Part shown: one piece after another, positions 27,204 to 35,499 of the stretch
How positions within the stretch are numbered: position 1 is the stretch's first letter
Layout of the letters: every line of letters starts with the position of its first letter
DNA from: an uncultured bacterium
GTDB lineage: Bacteria; CAYUVA01
NCBI GenBank assembly: GCA_964448115.1
Contig: CAYUVA010000042.1
Location: 1-42,224, forward strand
Length of the DNA stretch: 42,224 nt
Direction of reading: 5' to 3'
The notes under the pieces: generated by a model
Database searches by the model: none
What the model was told of the DNA's origin: nothing
The model's input: only the letters and a program-made list of their open reading frames with translations
Position numbers and translations under genes: made by a program

Positions 27204-28392
27204 AGATAGCAGAAATATAATCCTGGGCGTAAGCGGAGGTATAGCTGCCTACAAGTCAGTGTTTTTGGCTCGAATGCTCGTCCAGAGGGGCTACAAGGTT
27301 CGGACGGTTATGACCGCTCACGCCACCGAGTTCATCAAGCCCCTGACCTTTAGCGCCATCACCGGTAACAGAACACTTGTCGAGCAATTCGACTGTGCAA
27401 CCGAGTACTCTATGGAGCATATTGCACTGGCAGACTGGGGAGATATACTTGTAATAGCGCCGGCTACAGCGAATATAATCGGCAAAATGGCAGCCGGCAT
27501 AGCCGATGATCTACTGAGCACCACGGCTCTTGCGGTCGATGTTCCGATTATCATCGCTCCGTCCATGAATACCCGCATGTACCTCAAGGATGTTGTGCAA
27601 GAGAATCTTCATCGGCTGCGCGGTCGCCGGGTAGAGATCATCGAGCCAGGCAGCGGTGAGCTTGCCTGCGGCATGGAAGGAAAGGGGAGAATGGCGGAAC
27701 CGGCTCGAATAATGGAGGTTATAGAGGTCCTCCTTTATCCTAAAAAAGACCTTACAGGTCAGAGGATAATCATTACCGCTGGTGCCACCAGGGAATACCT
27801 TGATCCCTTTCGCTTCATCAGCAATCCAGCAAGCGGAAAGATGGGCTTCGCACTCGCCGAGGCAGCCATTGCTCGCGGCGCAGAGGTGATACTCATTGCG
27901 GGACATACCGAGATCGATCCGCCGACCACCGCGCAGTTTGAGCGTATCTCAAGCTCAGAGCAGATGCTGAACGCCATAAAAAAGCATTACGAGCATTCAA
28001 ATGGCGTGATCATGGCAGCCGCGGTCTGCGATTTCAAGCCCTTGACAATATCCCAACACAAGATAAAGAAAAGCTCGGCATCAAAATCATTTCAACTCGA
28101 ATATACATCGGATATCCTAGCAATACTTGGCAAAGATAAAGGCTCGCGGGTGCTAGTAGGCTTCGCCGCCGAAAGCCAAGACCTGATCGAGAATGCGATA
28201 AAAAAGATGCAACAAAAAAACCTGGATTTCATTGTGGCAAACGATATCACCAGGAGCGACTCCGGCTTCAGGGTTGACACCAATAGGGCGATTATTATAA
28301 GGAGAAATGGCTCCATGCAGGAGCTTCCCACCTTGAGCAAGCGACAGTTGGCTCACCACATACTGGACGAGTATGTGGCGGTTAGATCTTGA
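27193..28392 (+). CDS. coaBC: Bifunctional phosphopantothenoylcysteine decarboxylase/synthase
   Basis: GGIAAYKS, APATAN, APSMN, LACG..G.GRM, TREYLDPFRFISNPASGKMG, AAVCDF, GFAAE. Confidence 0.97.
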   Translation: MSNEDSRNIILGVSGGIAAYKSVFLARMLVQRGYKVRTVMTAHATEFIKPLTFSAITGNRTLVEQFDCATEYSMEHIALADWGDILVIAPATANIIGKMAAGIADDLLSTTALAVDVPIIIAPSMNTRMYLKDVVQENLHRLRGRRVEIIEPGSGELACGMEGKGRMAEPARIMEVIEVLLYPKKDLTGQRIIITAGATREYLDPFRFISNPASGKMGFALAEAAIARGAEVILIAGHTEIDPPTTAQFERISSSEQMLNAIKKHYEHSNGVIMAAAVCDFKPLTISQHKIKKSSASKSFQLEYTSDILAILGKDKGSRVLVGFAAESQDLIENAIKKMQQKNLDFIVANDITRSDSGFRVDTNRAIIIRRNGSMQELPTLSKRQLAHHILDEYVAVRS

Positions 28393-28396
28393 TAAG

Positions 28397-29863
28397 ATGA
28401 AAATCCGTTCCAGATATTGCCTGGCAATCCTTATTATGTCTGGATTGTTTTTCTCACTGCCAGCCTATGCAGTGGATGACTGGGATGCAATGGTGGCGGA
28501 CATACTTCAAGAGACCAAGGCAACCGGGACATCAAGCAACTTCTCATTCATCCCCACCTTCTATAGCAAGTTCTGCTTTGACACCAATAATGACAGCGAC
28601 CTGGAGGACGCAATAGAGAGCCGCAATCGGCTCGACCTCGAAGCGAGCTATAAGCAAAAGGACGGCTTCAAGGCTTTCATGTCTGCCTATATAGATTACA
28701 CGGCGCTCGACTCGGGGATCTCTACTCGATATATTTATGATAGCGAACTATACGAGGCATACCTTTTCTGGCGCCGAGGAAGCTGGGACCTCAAGATAGG
28801 CGAACAGGTCGTAACCTGGGGCAGCGCGGATCTGCTCAATCCAACAGATACTATGAATCCAAGAGATCTGAGGGAATTCGTATTCACCGACTTTGGCAAG
28901 GAGAAGGTGCCCAATTTCATCACCGAGCTAGCCTGGTACGGCAAGAGTTTAAGCATAAAGGGCTACTTTATCCCCTTTTTCAAACCGATGCGCTTTTATT
29001 CTATCGGATCCGACTGGGCATTGTTTCCTTATGGGGATATCATACTCGATCTCTTCGGTGATCCAACACAAGCAAGAACACTCGAAGAGCTGATCAGGGA
29101 GCTAGATCCCGATATGGCTGAGCAATTGAACGACCTGGTTTGCTCCATGGATGTGCCAGATCGCACTATGGAGAGCTCAAGTGGTGGTCTTCGGTTCACT
29201 ATAACGCAACCGGGCTTAACCGTGAACCTGGATTATCTTTATACCTGGGATACCATCCCGGTATTGCGTCCTGGCGAGGAGTTCAAGGATATCTTGTCCG
29301 ATGGGGTGATAACTAAGTTGGAGCTTCTAGGATTGTTTAACAATGATCTGAGTTTTTTCAGCAGTTACTATCATCGTATGCAGATGGCTGGCTTGGATTT
29401 CTCGAGCACTTTAGGCTCGTTCGGATTATGGGGCGAGGCAGCGTACTTTGACAGTCAGACGCACTTTACCATGGAGATGGAGTCGGTTCTGCACCCGACA
29501 TACATGGCGGTTTTCGGCTTGGATCGCCTCTTTAAGCATGATATCTACTTCAATGTGCAGTACCTGCGCTACCAGGTGTTGAACAATAACAGTGAGCTAA
29601 CATTCCTTGGCGAATGCAATGATATTATTGCCTTTTACTTCCGCAAGCATAGCCTCAGCCAGAAGCTGACCACCGAGCTGCGTTGCCTGAGCGCGGTCGA
29701 TGGCGACAGGCAATACCTAATCGCACCGCGCATCGGTTACAAGTTCACCGATGATCTCGAGGCGACTATCGGAGTGCAGATCTTAGGCGGCGACAAGCAG
29801 ACGGTGATGGGCACTTTTACTGAGAATGACCATCTGTTCCTGCTTATCAAGTGGATAATCTGA
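28397..29863 (+). CDS. Outer-membrane beta-barrel protein (DUF1302-like)
   Basis: Signal peptide ending AYA; LYEAY..W....WDLKIGEQVVTWG.AD..NPTD..NP.D; alternating beta-strand pattern at the C-terminus. Confidence 0.7.
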   Translation: MKIRSRYCLAILIMSGLFFSLPAYAVDDWDAMVADILQETKATGTSSNFSFIPTFYSKFCFDTNNDSDLEDAIESRNRLDLEASYKQKDGFKAFMSAYIDYTALDSGISTRYIYDSELYEAYLFWRRGSWDLKIGEQVVTWGSADLLNPTDTMNPRDLREFVFTDFGKEKVPNFITELAWYGKSLSIKGYFIPFFKPMRFYSIGSDWALFPYGDIILDLFGDPTQARTLEELIRELDPDMAEQLNDLVCSMDVPDRTMESSSGGLRFTITQPGLTVNLDYLYTWDTIPVLRPGEEFKDILSDGVITKLELLGLFNNDLSFFSSYYHRMQMAGLDFSSTLGSFGLWGEAAYFDSQTHFTMEMESVLHPTYMAVFGLDRLFKHDIYFNVQYLRYQVLNNNSELTFLGECNDIIAFYFRKHSLSQKLTTELRCLSAVDGDRQYLIAPRIGYKFTDDLEATIGVQILGGDKQTVMGTFTENDHLFLLIKWII

Positions 29864-29958
29864 CCCTCCTGGTTACATAAGGAAGGTATAGTATTAGGCT
29901 AAAAACTTGGGGCTAAAACCTATAGAATGAAGACTATTAAAATCCTGGGAGTTTTTCG

Positions 29959-32655
29959 ATGGCTAAGACATTTACTGTAGTTGACGGGCATAACCTTGTA
30001 TATAAGGCATATTATGCCCTCAAGGACCGACCGCTGACGACCAGCAAGGGGGAAAATGTCTCTGCGCCTTATGTTTTTGTTCGGATGCTGCGCAAGGTGC
30101 TTGAGGACTTCAAGCCCGACTATGCTGCCGTGGTCTTCGATACCGGCAAGAAGACCTTTCGCAACCAGCTTTATAGCGATTACAAGGCAAATCGTCCACC
30201 TATGCCTCAAGATCTGCGTAACCAGATTGAGGCAATCAAGGAGATAGCACGGGCAATGGGGCTACAGGTTGTTATGCGTGGGGGCTACGAGGCGGATGAT
30301 GTCATCGGGGCATTGGCCAAAAGATTCGCCGCCAGCGATACTAAAATCAAGATAATCTCCAATGACAAGGATATCAATCAGTTGGTTAGCGATGATGTCA
30401 AGATATACTCGATAACCAGGGGATTGAACGATATCGAGGAGATCACGCCTGAGACAGTTACTAAAAAGTATGGAGTCTCCCAGGAGAAGCTGATCGATCT
30501 GTTTGCCCTGATGGGAGACAGCTCTGATAATATCCCTGGCGTCTCTGGCATCGGGCAAAAGACTGCGCTGCGCTTATTGAAGCAATTCGGCTCCTTGGAG
30601 GGTATCTACGAAAACCTCGATAAGATAGAATCACCGAAGCTAAAGGAAAAGTTGTTGCGAGGCAAGGACAATGCCTACTTGTCCAGGGAGCTTTTTTCGA
30701 TAAAGACCGATATTGAGCTTGAGCAGCGTCTTGCCGATTTTGAGATAAGCGAGCCAGATACGGATAAGCTTAGTAAACTTTTCACCCGCTTCGAGTTCAA
30801 GGAATTCCTGAAGGAGCTTGGCGGCGTAGATGAAAAGGAGCCAGAGCACAGGTTCATTCTAATAAAGACACTCGAAGAGCTGGATATGATGCTAGATACG
30901 GTTAAGAAGGCAGGCATAATTGGCATTGCATTGCTGCCTTGGGGTGATGATAGTTACATTCATAGCCAGCCGGCAGGCATAGCGGTTTCAGTATATCCCC
31001 AAGCCTACTTTGTTCCGCTGATTAAGGCGCCGGATATCAAGCTGGATGTCGAGCAGGCTGTGGAGCGCATGAGGGAGATGCTGCAAAGCCCCAAGGTAAA
31101 GAAAGTTGGTCATTGCCTGAAGAAAGACTGGGTGATGGCGGCAAATAGGGACATAAGGCTAAATGGTATCGATTTCGATGCTGAGCTGGCTGCCTATACG
31201 ATAGATCCTACCCGCAGCAATTATGGGCTGGAGACCCTGGCACTGAACTACCTGAAGCGCAATGTCTCTTTGCCGACCGTAGTATATCCCATAAGCAACG
31301 GTCTTTATAACCTGGCTGATTCGCTTGAGAACTACCATAGGGTCATCTGCCAGCGTGCTCTTCTGGCGCTCATGTTGAAAGAGCCATTGATGGCGGAGCT
31401 TGAGGCGCAGGGATTGAGCGAGCTTTACCGTAAGGTAGAGCTTTTGCTCATTGAGGTTCTAGGCACCATGGAGCGTGGCGGCATCAAGCTCAACAGCACT
31501 GTATTATCAAAGCTCAGCTCGAGCCTGGGATCCGAACTTAAGGAAATAGCCGAGGCGGTTTACGAGCTGGCAGGGGAGCGCTTCAACCTGAACTCGCCAA
31601 AGCAGCTTGCGAATATTCTGTTCGATAAGCTCTCCTTTTCCACCAAAGGGATAAAAAGAACCAAGAGCGGGTTTTCGACCAACGAGGAGTCGCTATTGAT
31701 GTTGATAAGCAATGAGCCTGACCGCAAGCAGCTTCCTGAGCTTATCTTGAGGCATCGCAACCTGAGCAAGCTCAAATCGACCTATGTAGAGGGTCTGCTC
31801 AAGGCGGTGAATCCGATAACCGGCAAGGTTCACACCCAGTTCAACCAGACAGTGGCATCGACCGGCAGGCTCTCCTCGAGCAATCCAAACCTACAGAATA
31901 TCCCCATAAGGGACGAGTTCGGCAAGCAGATACGCAAAGCCTTTATCCCAGATAACGATGGAGATCTCATCCTCTCTGCCGACTACTCGCAGATAGAGCT
32001 TCGCATCCTGGCGGAGATAGCCGACGAGGAGGCGATGAAACAGGCTTTCAGGGAGGGGAAAGACATCCACGCACAGACCGCCAGCCTCCTGTTTGACTGT
32101 AAGCTAGAGGATGTTACCCAAGATATGCGCCGGGTGGCAAAAACGGTCAACTTCGGCATCGACTATGGCATGGGCGAGTACGGCTTGGCGCAAAGGCTTG
32201 GCATCTCCAACCCAAAGGCGCGCAGGTTCATTGAGACCTACTTCAAGCGCTTTCCCAACATAAAAAAATATATAGACCGCACTATAAAGTTGGCAAAAGA
32301 ACAGGGATATGTAACTACCCTGATGGGGCGAAGAGGATACCTGCACCAGATAAACGCACCCTCGGCTCCGGTCAGGCAAGCCGAACAGAGAAGGGCGATA
32401 AACTTCCCAATACAGGGCACGGCAGCCGAGATGATAAAAAAGGCGATGATAGATATCCATCAACGGATGCGAAAGCAGGGATTCAAGAGCAGGATGGTGC
32501 TACAGATTCATGATGAGCTTATCTTCAATATCGTCCCCGGTGAGTTGGATGGAATGATCGAACTGGTTCGTGAAGAGATGATAGGTGCCCTGAAACTCTC
32601 CATGCCGATAGTTGTGAACATCAGCTATGGCAAAAGTTGGTACGAGGCGCACTGA
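29959..32655 (+). CDS. polA: DNA polymerase I
   Basis: YKANR, YEADD, GDSSDNIPGV (5' nuclease); TGRLSS.NPNLQNIP, DYSQIELR, AKTVNFG..YG, QGTAA, QIHDEL. Confidence 0.99.
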   Translation: MAKTFTVVDGHNLVYKAYYALKDRPLTTSKGENVSAPYVFVRMLRKVLEDFKPDYAAVVFDTGKKTFRNQLYSDYKANRPPMPQDLRNQIEAIKEIARAMGLQVVMRGGYEADDVIGALAKRFAASDTKIKIISNDKDINQLVSDDVKIYSITRGLNDIEEITPETVTKKYGVSQEKLIDLFALMGDSSDNIPGVSGIGQKTALRLLKQFGSLEGIYENLDKIESPKLKEKLLRGKDNAYLSRELFSIKTDIELEQRLADFEISEPDTDKLSKLFTRFEFKEFLKELGGVDEKEPEHRFILIKTLEELDMMLDTVKKAGIIGIALLPWGDDSYIHSQPAGIAVSVYPQAYFVPLIKAPDIKLDVEQAVERMREMLQSPKVKKVGHCLKKDWVMAANRDIRLNGIDFDAELAAYTIDPTRSNYGLETLALNYLKRNVSLPTVVYPISNGLYNLADSLENYHRVICQRALLALMLKEPLMAELEAQGLSELYRKVELLLIEVLGTMERGGIKLNSTVLSKLSSSLGSELKEIAEAVYELAGERFNLNSPKQLANILFDKLSFSTKGIKRTKSGFSTNEESLLMLISNEPDRKQLPELILRHRNLSKLKSTYVEGLLKAVNPITGKVHTQFNQTVASTGRLSSSNPNLQNIPIRDEFGKQIRKAFIPDNDGDLILSADYSQIELRILAEIADEEAMKQAFREGKDIHAQTASLLFDCKLEDVTQDMRRVAKTVNFGIDYGMGEYGLAQRLGISNPKARRFIETYFKRFPNIKKYIDRTIKLAKEQGYVTTLMGRRGYLHQINAPSAPVRQAEQRRAINFPIQGTAAEMIKKAMIDIHQRMRKQGFKSRMVLQIHDELIFNIVPGELDGMIELVREEMIGALKLSMPIVVNISYGKSWYEAH

Positions 32656-32683
32656 GGGGCTTAAGGCATAAAAGCTATTTAAT

Positions 32684-32725
32684 CACAAAGACACAAAGAG
32701 AAAAGGTTATTTTTGTGTCCTTGTG
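32684..32725. terminator. Inverted repeat between convergent polA and holB (bidirectional terminator or REP-like element)
   Basis: CACAAAGACACAAAG ... TTTTGTGTCCTTGTG imperfect palindrome. Confidence 0.5.
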
Positions 32726-32752
32726 TCCTGTTTGCCTAAGAACGCTCTAGCC

Positions 32753-34120
32753 TCAAGTCTCGTGCCTTCTTGATAAAAGTATATCGCGCAGGATATCTAT
32801 CGATATTATGTCAACCGTTAACTGGGGGTTTGCATAGGAACTTAGATCTTTAATACCCTTATGAATATTCTCAATCCAGCCGGCAATAATAAGATCGCTA
32901 ATGGTCATATCAAGATTCTTTATCTTCCCCAAAAGATCATAATTAGCGAGTAGTTTCCTATTATCCAGGTATCTGGCGTGAAGTATATCTGCGATAAGAT
33001 AAGCCAGCACCACCAGGTTTCTTACCGTATCAGAGGCTGGTGCACCGGGGATCTTATCAATACCCGTTCCTTTTAGCTTATGGCTCAGGGTAAAGATATT
33101 CTTCATCCCTAAAGATGAATGGCTGGCAAATACCTCGAAGAGTTCATCGCGCTTTTTCATATAGGCATCGTAATCCCAATATAGGGCTTGTCCGATTGAT
33201 CCCCCAGACAACCTTGCGAGATGGGCGATGGTGTCATCATCCAGGCTGGTCAGGTCTTTTAAGCCTTCCACAACCTGCTCGAGGCTAAGACATTGAAAGT
33301 AAATAATTTGGCTTCGGGATCTTATAGTGGGTAACAGGGCGTGCGGCTTGGCGGTCAGGAGTATAAAGACCGTTTTAGGGGGGGGCTCCTCGAGTATCTT
33401 AAGCAGGCTGTTTTGTGCCTCGGTAGTCATTTTATGTGCCTCATCGAGTATAATGAACCGGTAGCCTTGGTCGCCAGCCTCGAATTGTAGCTGCCTGCGT
33501 ACCTGGTTTCGTACCAGGTCAATTTTGATAGCGCCCTGATAGAACAGGTATGGTTGATTCATGATGATAAGCTCAGCGAGCCTTCGAGCCAGGGGATCCT
33601 TTTTATGCATAGATTCCATTATGTCTTCCATTGCCTTTCCCCCCTCGGCAGCACCTCCCTTTCCGACATATAGGCTCGGTTCATATCGTATCATGTCGAT
33701 CTTGAGGTCATACTCTTTTTTGCTCAACTGGCAGATCTCAATATATCCCATGTCCTTTAGCTCGGCTAGTGCTTTGAGATATAGTTCAAGCTCATTCTCA
33801 TGCCGTTGCTCCCTGAATAGTCGCTCCAGCACCGGCTCGCGATGAATTATAACTGGATTGTTTATATCACGGATATAGGTCAGGTACTGCGGTTGGCTTA
33901 CCGGGCTGAATGATCGCAGACAATCCTGGCACTTCAGGCAGGGTTTTACCCCCTTGGCCGAGCAGTGCAGCATAGCGCAAAGATATCGAGCTACCAGTCC
34001 CTTGCCGATGCCGTCTGTACCGGCAAATAGATAGCAATGACTTATTCTGCCATCCTTGAAGGCATTAGCCAGGAACCTTAACTGAGCGCTATGCCCGTAA
34101 ATGTACGCATGTTCGCTCAT
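32753..34120 (-). CDS. holB: DNA polymerase III delta' subunit with large insertion
   Basis: SHCYLFAGTDGIGK, Zn cysteines, IKIDLVR, ILDEAHKMT.EAQNSLLKILEEPP, LLPTIRSR. Start ATG 34120 directly follows the holA stop. Confidence 0.9.
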   Translation of the reverse strand: MSEHAYIYGHSAQLRFLANAFKDGRISHCYLFAGTDGIGKGLVARYLCAMLHCSAKGVKPCLKCQDCLRSFSPVSQPQYLTYIRDINNPVIIHREPVLERLFREQRHENELELYLKALAELKDMGYIEICQLSKKEYDLKIDMIRYEPSLYVGKGGAAEGGKAMEDIMESMHKKDPLARRLAELIIMNQPYLFYQGAIKIDLVRNQVRRQLQFEAGDQGYRFIILDEAHKMTTEAQNSLLKILEEPPPKTVFILLTAKPHALLPTIRSRSQIIYFQCLSLEQVVEGLKDLTSLDDDTIAHLARLSGGSIGQALYWDYDAYMKKRDELFEVFASHSSLGMKNIFTLSHKLKGTGIDKIPGAPASDTVRNLVVLAYLIADILHARYLDNRKLLANYDLLGKIKNLDMTISDLIIAGWIENIHKGIKDLSSYANPQLTVDIISIDILRDILLSRRHET

Positions 34121-34121
34121 A

Positions 34122-35240
34122 TCAGCGGCAAAGCTCCAAGATGAGTTCTTCAAGTAAAATTCGGGGATCCTTTGAGGAGCTTTTCAGCTCCATATCTATC
34201 TTTCGCAGCCTGGATAAGCCGGCAACCAGCTTTCTGACCGTAAACTTCCCCGCCTGGGAGACCATCTGGTAAAAGGCATAAGGATGACTTGCCAGGTTCT
34301 CGGTAAGCTCTTCTGGAATCTGCTTTAGTACCTCTGTCAACCTGCCATAAACATCCCTTTTGAAAGTGAAATAGGGCATCCGAGGGTTAATCGGATCATC
34401 TTTAAGGTACTCTGCTGAGATTATCTGCCATGCCAACAGTTTGTGCATCTGTAAGCTCAGAATGGATACTATGGCGATTGGGCTTTCCCCCATAGTGAGC
34501 ATATTTTGTAGGGTAGCTAATCCCTGTGTTCTTTGCCTTTGGCTTATATGATTTATAAGATCGAAGATGATGCTACCACGGTTTTTATAAACCACTTTTT
34601 TTACATCCTGGCTGGTAATTGTCTTTCTATCGCCTGTATAGGCTATGAGTTTATCTAGCTCGCCACTTAGCGACCAGAGATCTCCCTCGACCAAGGTTCG
34701 CAGCATCTCAAAGGCATCCGGTTCTATTTTTTTACCTGCCTGGTCGAGCATCTCTTTGACATAAGGATAAGCCCTGTCCTTTCTTACATCTCCGAGATCA
34801 TATTCAGTTATTGCTGGAAAGCTAATGATCACGCCCTGCTCCTTGATGCGCTTATAGAGGATCAGTTTGGTAGAAACCTTCTCGGAAACGGTGAGAAGAA
34901 GCATGAAGCCAGGAGCAAATCCGTTTTTTATTGCATTTTCCAGCATCCTTCTGTTGCTTGCGATTCTACTTTTCGATGCCAAGAGATCGCAATGACGAAC
35001 CGTAACCAGAAGACGGGTGGATAGCAAAGATGGGCTGGTAAGCTCGGCGATGACCCTTTGATAATCAACATCATCCCCATGGTATTGCTTAAGCACCAGT
35101 TGCGGTTCATCGGACCCCACGAACCATTCGATTATCTTTCGGTATGCCCGAAAGACCAGGTAGTCTTCCTTACCGTGGATAAGGGTAACCGATGGCGGTG
35201 CCTGCGGCTTGTATGTGTTAATAAACTCGTTCAGATCCAT
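34122..35240 (-). CDS. holA: DNA polymerase III delta subunit
   Basis: LIHGKEDYL, TSPSL...LV.V, ELDKL..Y.G...IT..DV, IFDL, L..ID.ELKSS..DP..LLE.LI. Confidence 0.88.
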   Translation of the reverse strand: MDLNEFINTYKPQAPPSVTLIHGKEDYLVFRAYRKIIEWFVGSDEPQLVLKQYHGDDVDYQRVIAELTSPSLLSTRLLVTVRHCDLLASKSRIASNRRMLENAIKNGFAPGFMLLLTVSEKVSTKLILYKRIKEQGVIISFPAITEYDLGDVRKDRAYPYVKEMLDQAGKKIEPDAFEMLRTLVEGDLWSLSGELDKLIAYTGDRKTITSQDVKKVVYKNRGSIIFDLINHISQRQRTQGLATLQNMLTMGESPIAIVSILSLQMHKLLAWQIISAEYLKDDPINPRMPYFTFKRDVYGRLTEVLKQIPEELTENLASHPYAFYQMVSQAGKFTVRKLVAGLSRLRKIDMELKSSSKDPRILLEELILELCR

Positions 35241-35379
35241 TGAGGGACAATTCTACTAGCTCACGGTCAATATGCAACATGCGGGTATTAGGGCTTGAAG
35301 TTTAGGTAGTGAGGTCAGGAAATTCTTAAGGATCAATCTATTCATCAAGTGGCGATAAATTATTGCAGAAAATTTCATG

Positions 35380-35408
35380 TTGACTTTGATTCGTACTTTT
35401 ATTACATT
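35380..35408 (+). promoter_or_regulatory. sigma70-type promoter upstream of the secreted multidomain protein
   Basis: TTGACT-17 nt-TACATT. Confidence 0.45.
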
Positions 35409-35499
35409 ATGTTATGAATGCAAAGTAGTTCTTTATAACCTTGTAATTACCAGGTCCTTGACTAGAGGATTTGCTAAATAACAAGAGAGGTAAGAAGAG

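Noticed and set aside
30850-31400. Degenerate 3'-5' exonuclease motifs in PolA
   Set aside because: Common in many bacterial PolA proteins; not notable.
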